From Eledone cirrhosa (Eukaryota): a stretch of DNA of 64,000 bases. Position 1 is the stretch's first letter. Each line of letters begins with the position of its first letter. A program made the translations under genes and the position numbers. Positions 56,101 to 64,000 of this stretch are shown here, in pieces. Under the pieces are notes generated by a model that was not told where the DNA came from, searched no databases, and saw only the letters and a list, made by a program, of their open reading frames with translations. Location of the stretch: the NCBI GenBank assembly GCA_964016885.1, contig OZ024766.1:13268001-13332000 (forward strand), in the 5' to 3' direction.

Positions 56101-59100
56101 AACAGTGGAGTTACTTCTGACAGCTAATACCATGAACTTAAATGAATTCTTACCAACAGTGGAGTTACTTCTGACAGCTAATACCATGAACTTAAATGAA
56201 TTCTCACCAACATTGGAGTGACTTCTGACAGCTAATACCATGAACTTAAATGAATTCTCACCAACATTGGGGTTACTTCTGACAGCTAGTACCATGAACT
56301 TAAATGTATTCTCACCAACAGTGGAGTGACTTCTGACAGCTAGTACCATGAACTTAAATGAATTCTCACCAACAGTGGAGTTACTTCTGACAGCTAATAC
56401 CATGAACTTAAATGAATTCTCAGCAACAGTGGAGTTCCTTCTGACAGCTAATACCATGAACTTAAATGAATTCTCACCAACATTGGAGTTACTTCTGACA
56501 GCTAGTACCATGAACTTAAATGAATTCTCACCAACAGTGGAGTTACTTCTGACAGCTAATACCATGAACTTAAATGAATTCTCACCAACAGTGGCGTTCC
56601 TTCTGACAGCTAATACAATGAACTTAAATGAATTCTCACCAACATTGGAGTGACTTCTGACAGCTAATACCATGCACTTAAATGAATTCTCACCAACATT
56701 GGGGTTACTTCTGACAGCTAGTACCATGAACTTAAATGAATTCTCACCAACAGTGGAGTTACTTCTGACAGCTAATACCATGAATTTAAATGAATTCTCA
56801 CCAACAGTGGCGTTCCTTCTGACAGCTAATACCATGAACTTAAATGAATTCTCACCAACAGTGGAGTTACTTCTGACAGCTAGTACCATGACTTAAATGA
56901 ATTCTCACCAACATTGGAGTTCCTTCTGACAGCTAATACCATGAACTTAAATGAATTCTCACCAACAGTGGAGTTACTTCTGACAGCTAATACCATGAAC
57001 TTAAATGAATTCTCACCAACATTGGAGTTCCTTCTGACAGCTAATACCATGAACTTAAATGAATTCTCACCAACAGTGGAGTTACTTCTGACAGCTAATA
57101 CCATGAACTTAAATGAATTCTCACCAACAGTGGAGTTACTTCTGACAGCTAATACCATGAACTTAAATGAATTCTCACCAACAGTGGAGTTACTTCTGAC
57201 AGCTAATACCATGAACTTAAATGAATTCTCACCAACAGTGGAGTTACTTCTGACAGCTAATACCATGAACTTAAATGAATTCTCACCAACAGTGGAGTTA
57301 CTTCTGACAGCTAATACCATGAACTTAAATGAATTCTCACCAACAGTGGCGTTCCTTCTGACAGCTAATACCATGAACTTAAATGAATTCTCACCAACAG
57401 TGGAGTTACTTCTGACAGCTAATACCATGAACTTAAATGAATTCTTACCAACAGTGGAGTTACTTCTGACAGCTAATACCATGAACTTAAATGAATTCTC
57501 ACCAACATTGGAGTGACTTCTGACAGCTAATACCATGAACTTAAATGAATTCTCACCAACATTGGGGTTACTTCTGACAGCTAGTACCATGAACTTAAAT
57601 GTATTCTCACCAACAGTGGAGTGACTTCTGACAGCTAGTACCATGAACTTAAATGAATTCTCACCAACAGTGGAGTTACTTCTGACAGCTAATACCATGA
57701 ACTTAAATGAATTCTCAGCAACAGTGGAGTTCCTTCTGACAGCTAATACCATGAACTTAAATGAATTCTCACCAACATTGGAGTTACTTCTGACAGCTAG
57801 TACCATGAACTTAAATGAATTCTCACCAACAGTGGAGTTACTTCTGACAGCTAATACCATGAACTTAAATGAATTCTCACCAACAGTGGCGTTCCTTCTG
57901 ACAGCTAATACAATGAACTTAAATGAATTCTCACCAACAGTGGAGTTACTTCTGACAGCTAGTACCATGACTTAAATGAATTCTCACCAACATTGGAGTG
58001 ACTTCTGACAGCTAATACCATGAACTTAAATGAATTCTCACCAACATTGGAGTTACTTCTGACAGCTAGTACCATGACTTAAATGAATTCTCACCAACAG
58101 TGGAGTGACTTCTGACAGCTAATACCATGAACTTAAATGAATTCTCACCAACATTGGAGTGACTTCTGACAGCTAATACCATGAACTTAAATGAATTCTC
58201 ACCAACAGTGGAGTTACTTCTGACAGCTAGTACCATGAACTTAAATGAATTCTCACCAACAGTGGAGTTACTTCTGACAGCTAATACCATGAACTTAAAT
58301 GAATTCTCACCAACAGTGGCGTTCCTTCTGACAGCTAATACCATGAACTTAAATGAATTCTCACCAACAGTGTAGTTACTTCTGACAGCTAATACCATGA
58401 ACTTAAATGAATTCTTACCAACAGTGGAGTTACTTCTGACAGCTAATACCATGAACTTAAATGAATTCTCACCAACATTGGAGTGACTTCTGACAGCTAA
58501 TACCATGAACTTAAATGAATTCTCACCAACATTGGGGTTACTTCTGACAGCTAGTACCATGAACTTAAATGTATTCTCACCAACAGTGGAGTGACTTCTG
58601 ACAGCTAGTACCATGAACTTAAATGAATTCTCACCAACAGTGGAGTTACTTCTGACAGCTAATACCATGAACTTAAATGAATTCTCAGCAACAGTGGAGT
58701 TCCTTCTGACAGCTAATACCATGAACTTAAATGAATTCTCACCAACATTGGAGTTACTTCTGACAGCTAGTACCATGAACTTAAATGAATTCTCACCAAC
58801 AGTGGAGTTACTTCTGACAGCTAATACCATGAACTTAAATGAATTCTCACCAACAGTGGCGTTCCTTCTGACAGCTAATACAATGAACTTAAATGAATTC
58901 TCACCAACAGTGGAGTTACTTCTGACAGCTAATACCATGAACTTAAATGAATTCTCACCAACAGTGGAGTTACTTCTGACAGCTAATACCATGAACTTAA
59001 ATGAATTCTCACCAACATTGGAGTGACTTCTGACAGCTAATACCATGCACTTAAATGAATTCTCACCAACATTGGGGTTACTTCTGACAGCTAGTACCAT

Positions 59101-62100
59101 GAACTTAAATGAATTCTCACCAACAGTGGAGTGACTTCTGACAGCTAATACCATGAACTTAAATGAATTCTCACCAACATTGGAGTTACTTCTGACAGCT
59201 AATACCATGACTTAAATGAATTCTCACCAACAGTGGAGTTACTTCTGACAGCTAATACCATGAACTTAAATGAATTCTCACCAACAGTGGAGTTACTTCT
59301 GACAGCTAATACCATGAACTTAAATGAATTCTCACCAACAGTGGAGTTACTTCTGACAGCTAATACCATGAACTTAAATGAATTCTCACCAACATTGGAG
59401 TGACTTCTGACAGCTAATACCATGAACTTAAATGAATTCTCACCAACATTGGGGTTACTTCTGACAGCTAGTACCATGAACTTAAATGAATTCTCACCAA
59501 CAGTGGAGTGACTTCTGACAGCTAATACCATGAACTTAAATGAATTCTCACCAACATTGGAGTGACTTCTGACAGCTAATACCATGAACTTAAATGAATT
59601 CTCACCAACAGTGGAGTTACTTCTGACAGCTAGTACCATGAACTTAAATGAATTCTCACCAACAGTGGAGTTACTTCTGACAGCTAATACCATGAACTTA
59701 AATGAATTCTCACCAACAGTGGCGTTCCTTCTGACAGCTAATACCATGAACTTAAATGAATTCTCACCAACAGTGGAGTTACTTCTGACAGCTAATACCA
59801 TGAACTTAAATGAATTCTTACCAACAGTGGAGTTACTTCTGACAGCTAATACCATGAACTTAAATGAATTCTCACCAACATTGGAGTGACTTCTGACAGC
59901 TAATACCATGAACTTAAATGAATTCTCACCAACATTGGGGTTACTTCTGACAGCTAGTACCATGAACTTAAATGTATTCTCACCAACAGTGGAGTGACTT
60001 CTGACAGCTAGTACCATGAACTTAAATGAATTCTCACCAACAGTGGAGTTACTTCTGACAGCTAATACCATGAACTTAAATGAATTCTCAGCAACAGTGG
60101 AGTTCCTTCTGACAGCTAATACCATGAACTTAAATGAATTCTCACCAACATTGGAGTTACTTCTGACAGCTAGTACCATGAACTTAAATGAATTCTCACC
60201 AACAGTGGAGTTACTTCTGACAGCTAATACCATGAACTTAAATGAATTCTCACCAACAGTGGCGTTCCTTCTGACAGCTAATACAATGAACTTAAATGAA
60301 TTCTCACCAACAGTGGAGTTACTTCTGACAGCTAGTACCATGACTTAAATGAATTCTCACCAACATTGGAGTGACTTCTGACAGCTAATACCATGAACTT
60401 AAATGAATTCTCACCAACAGTGGAGTTACTTCTGACAGCTAATACCATGAACTTAAATGAATTCTCACCAACATTGGAGTTACTTCTGACAGCTAGTACC
60501 ATGAACTTAAATGAATTCTCACCAACAGTGGAGTTACTTCTGACAGCTAATACCATGAATTTAAATGAATTCTCACCAACAGTGGCGTTCCTTCTGACAG
60601 CTAATACCATGAACTTAAATGAATTCTCACCAACAGTGGAGTTACTTCTGACAGCTAGTACCATGACTTAAATGAATTCTCACCAACATTGGAGTTCCTT
60701 CTGACAGCTAATACCATGAACTTAAATGAATTCTCACCAACAGTGGAGTTACTTCTGACAGCTAATACCATGAACTTAAATGAATTCTCACCAACATTGG
60801 AGTTCCTTCTGACAGCTAATACCATGAACTTAAATGAATTCTCACCAACAGTGGAGTTACTTCTGACAGCTAATACCATGAACTTAAATGAATTCTCACC
60901 AACAGTGGAGTTACTTCTGACAGCTAATACCATGAACTTAAATGAATTCTCACCAACAGTGGAGTTACTTCTGACAGCTAATACCATGAACTTAAATGAA
61001 TTCTCACCAACAGTGGAGTTACTTCTGACAGCTAATACCATGAACTTAAATGAATTCTCACCAACAGTGGAGTTACTTCTGACAGCTAATACCATGAACT
61101 TAAATGAATTCTCACCAACAGTGGCGTTCCTTCTGACAGCTAATACCATGAACTTAAATGAATTCTCACCAACAGTGGAGTTACTTCTGACAGCTAATAC
61201 CATGAACTTAAATGAATTCTTACCAACAGTGGAGTTACTTCTGACAGCTAATACCATGAACTTAAATGAATTCTCACCAACATTGGAGTGACTTCTGACA
61301 GCTAATACCATGAACTTAAATGAATTCTCACCAACATTGGGGTTACTTCTGACAGCTAGTACCATGAACTTAAATGTATTCTCACCAACAGTGGAGTGAC
61401 TTCTGACAGCTAGTACCATGAACTTAAATGAATTCTCACCAACAGTGGAGTTACTTCTGACAGCTAATACCATGAACTTAAATGTATTCTCACCAACAGT
61501 GGAGTGACTTCTGACAGCTAGTACCATGAACTTAAATGAATTCTCACCAACAGTGGAGTTACTTCTGACAGCTAGTACCATGAACTTAAATGTATTCTCA
61601 CCAACAGTGGAGTGACTTCTGACAGCTAGTACCATGAACTTAAATGAATTCTCACCAACAGTGGAGTTACTTCTGACAGCTAATACCATGAACTTAAATG
61701 AATTCTCAGCAACAGTGGAGTTCCTTCTGACAGCTAATACCATGAACTTAAATGAATTCTCACCAACATTGGAGTTACTTCTGACAGCTAGTACCATGAA
61801 CTTAAATGAATTCTCACCAACAGTGGAGTTACTTCTGACAGCTAATACCATGAACTTAAATGAATTCTCACCAACAGTGGCGTTCCTTCTGACAGCTAAT
61901 ACAATGAACTTAAATGAATTCTCACCAACAGTGGAGTTACTTCTGACAGCTAATACCATGAACTTAAATGAATTCTCACCAACAGTGGAGTTACTTCTGA
62001 CAGCTAATACCATGAACTTAAATGAATTCTCACCAACATTGGAGTGACTTCTGACAGCTAATACCATGCACTTAAATGAATTCTCACCAACATTGGGGTT

Positions 62101-64000
62101 ACTTCTGACAGCTAGTACCATGAACTTAAATGAATTCTCACCAACAGTGGAGTGACTTCTGACAGCTAATACCATGAACTTAAATGAATTCTCACCAACA
62201 TTGGAGTTACTTCTGACAGCTAATACCATGACTTAAATGAATTCTCACCAACAGTGGAGTTACTTCTGACAGCTAATACCATGAACTTAAATGAATTCTC
62301 ACCAACAGTGGAGTTACTTCTGACAGCTAATACCATGAACTTAAATCAATTCTCACCAACAGTGGAGTTACTTCTGACAGCTAATACCATGAACTTAAAT
62401 GAATTCTCACCAACAGTGGAGTTACTTCTGACAGCTAATACCATGAACTTAAATGAATTCTTACCAACAGTGGAGTTACTTCTGACAGCTAATACCATGA
62501 ACTTAAATGAATTCTCACCAACAGTGGCGTTCCTTCTGACAGCTAATACAATGAACTTAAATGAATTCTCACCAACAGTGGAGTTACTTCTGACAGCTAG
62601 TACCATGACTTAAATGAATTCTCACCAACATTGGAGTGACTTCTGACAGCTAATACCATGAACTTAAATGAATTCTCACCAACAGTGGAGTTACTTCTGA
62701 CAGCTAATACCATGAACTTAAATGAATTCTCACCAACATTGGAGTTACTTCTGACAGCTAGTACCATGAACTTAAATGAATTCTCACCAACAGTGGAGTT
62801 ACTTCTGACAGCTAATACCATGAATTTAAATGAATTCTCACCAACAGTGGCGTTCCTTCTGACAGCTAATACCATGAACTTAAATGAATTCTCACCAACA
62901 GTGGAGTTACTTCTGACAGCTAGTACCATGACTTAAATGAATTCTCACCAACATTGGAGTTCCTTCTGACAGCTAATACCATGAACTTAAATGAATTCTC
63001 ACCAACAGTGGAGTTACTTCTGACAGCTAATACCATGAACTTAAATGAATTCTCACCAACATTGGAGTTCCTTCTGACAGCTAATACCATGAACTTAAAT
63101 GAATTCTCACCAACAGTGGAGTTACTTCTGACAGCTAATACCATGAACTTAAATGAATTCTCACCAACAGTGGAGTTACTTCTGACAGCTAATACCATGA
63201 ACTTAAATGAATTCTCACCAACAGTGGAGTTACTTCTGACAGCTAATACCATGAACTTAAATGAATTCTCACCAACAGTGGAGTTACTTCTGACAGCTAA
63301 TACCATGAACTTAAATGAATTCTCACCAACAGTGGAGTTACTTCTGACAGCTAATACCATGAACTTAAATGAATTCTCACCAACAGTGGCGTTCCTTCTG
63401 ACAGCTAATACCATGAACTTAAATGAATTCTCACCAACAGTGGAGTTACTTCTGACAGCTAATACCATGAACTTAAATGAATTCTTACCAACAGTGGAGT
63501 TACTTCTGACAGCTAATACCATGAACTTAAATGAATTCTCACCAACATTGGAGTGACTTCTGACAGCTAATACCATGAACTTAAATGAATTCTCACCAAC
63601 ATTGGGGTTACTTCTGACAGCTAGTACCATGAACTTAAATGTATTCTCACCAACAGTGGAGTGACTTCTGACAGCTAGTACCATGAACTTAAATGAATTC
63701 TCACCAACAGTGGAGTTACTTCTGACAGCTAATACCATGAACTTAAATGTATTCTCACCAACAGTGGAGTGACTTCTGACAGCTAGTACCATGAACTTAA
63801 ATGAATTCTCACCAACAGTGGAGTTACTTCTGACAGCTAGTACCATGAACTTAAATGAATTCTCACCAACAGTGGAGTTACTTCTGACAGCTAATACCAT
63901 GAACTTAAATGAATTCTCAGCAACAGTGGAGTTCCTTCTGACAGCTAATACCATGAACTTAAATGAATTCTCACCAACATTGGAGTTACTTCTGACAGCT
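35151..64000. repeat. Satellite sub-domain B, with fewer 53-bp monomers and carrying the GTATTC, CTCAGCAAC, ATGAATTTA and GCGTTCC+ACAATG variants
   Basis: ATGAATTTA first appears at ~35315, GTATTC at 37268 and CTCAGCAAC at 37381. Each then recurs to the end of the window, and I did not see them upstream. Minus-strand open runs reach 434-524 aa, against at most 308 aa in domain A. Confidence 0.85.

Larger units (their letters stand above)
1..64000. repeat. 54-bp tandem satellite DNA array (EcoRI-site monomer), about 1,190 head-to-tail copies, running off both window edges
   Basis: GAATTC recurs at 4, 58, 112, 166 and onward every 54 bp (53 or 55 bp in indel variants) to the end of the window. 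Consensus: GAATTCTCACCAACAGTGGAGTTACTTCTGACAGCTAATACCATGAACTTAAAT. Monomers differ from it at only a few positions. Common variants: ACAGTG/ACATTG, GAGTTA/GAGTTC/GAGTGA/GGGTTA/GCGTTC, ACAGCT/ACAACT, AATACC/AGTACC, ATGAAC/ATGAC (53 bp)/AAGAC (53 bp). Confidence 0.99.

Noticed and set aside
19-63954. Hundreds of ORFs encoding 18-aa repeat proteins on both strands (up to 524 aa)
   Set aside because: They are a by-product of a 54-bp unit. They have no unique N- or C-termini, have frequent frameshifts and stops, overlap antisense ORFs, and show no excess of synonymous variation. None is called as a CDS.
1-64000. CRISPR or other repeat-spacer array
   Set aside because: There are no unique spacers. 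The whole 54 bp is conserved and variation is limited to a few recurring alleles. No cas genes or leader are present.
1-64000. Tandem tRNA, 5S, snRNA, spliced-leader or telomeric repeat array
   Set aside because: The unit is too short for these gene repeats. I found no cloverleaf, A/B box, recognisable RNA motif or G-rich telomeric unit.
1-64000. Absence of CpG as evidence of methylation-driven decay
   Set aside because: With 12 C and 8 G in 54 bp only about 1.8 CpG are expected, so zero is not significant. The common GCGTTCC allele carries a CpG that appears stable.
1-64000. Three monomers = 162 bp as a nucleosome-phasing unit
   Set aside because: There is no 3-mer periodicity among the variants. 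The match is numerical only and would need MNase data.
1-64000. Synthetic concatemer, rolling-circle artefact or collapsed consensus
   Set aside because: Hierarchically shared rare variants and nested duplications indicate real evolutionary history. Local mis-assembly cannot be excluded.
1-64000. Variant order as a deliberate code or a cassette library for antigenic variation
   Set aside because: Block duplication, slippage and conversion explain the order. No expression site, recombinase or other reader is present in the window.

Overview
The whole 64 kb window is one uninterrupted, head-to-tail, single-orientation tandem array of a 54-bp monomer. The consensus, phased on its EcoRI site, is GAATTCTCACCAACA(G/T)TGGAGTTACTTCTGACAGCTA(A/G)TACCATGAACTTAAAT. 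It is 20/54 = 37% GC, has no CpG, and occurs in roughly 1,190 copies. I see no unique sequence, gene, RNA gene, transposon, inversion or array boundary. The ORF track reflects only the fact that the monomer is 18 codons long and open in one frame on each strand. This looks like eukaryotic satellite DNA, but I do not recognise the family or the organism. The informative signal is the order of monomer variants. A few linked variants, including a common 53-bp deletion form and a rare 55-bp insertion form, are arranged into irregular higher-order repeats and into kb-scale tandem and dispersed block duplications. The array splits at about 35 kb into two domains with different diagnostic variants. 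I found no evidence of a novel protein- or RNA-coding system. Marker positions were read by eye and may be off by a few bp. Offsets come from matching entries in the ORF track.
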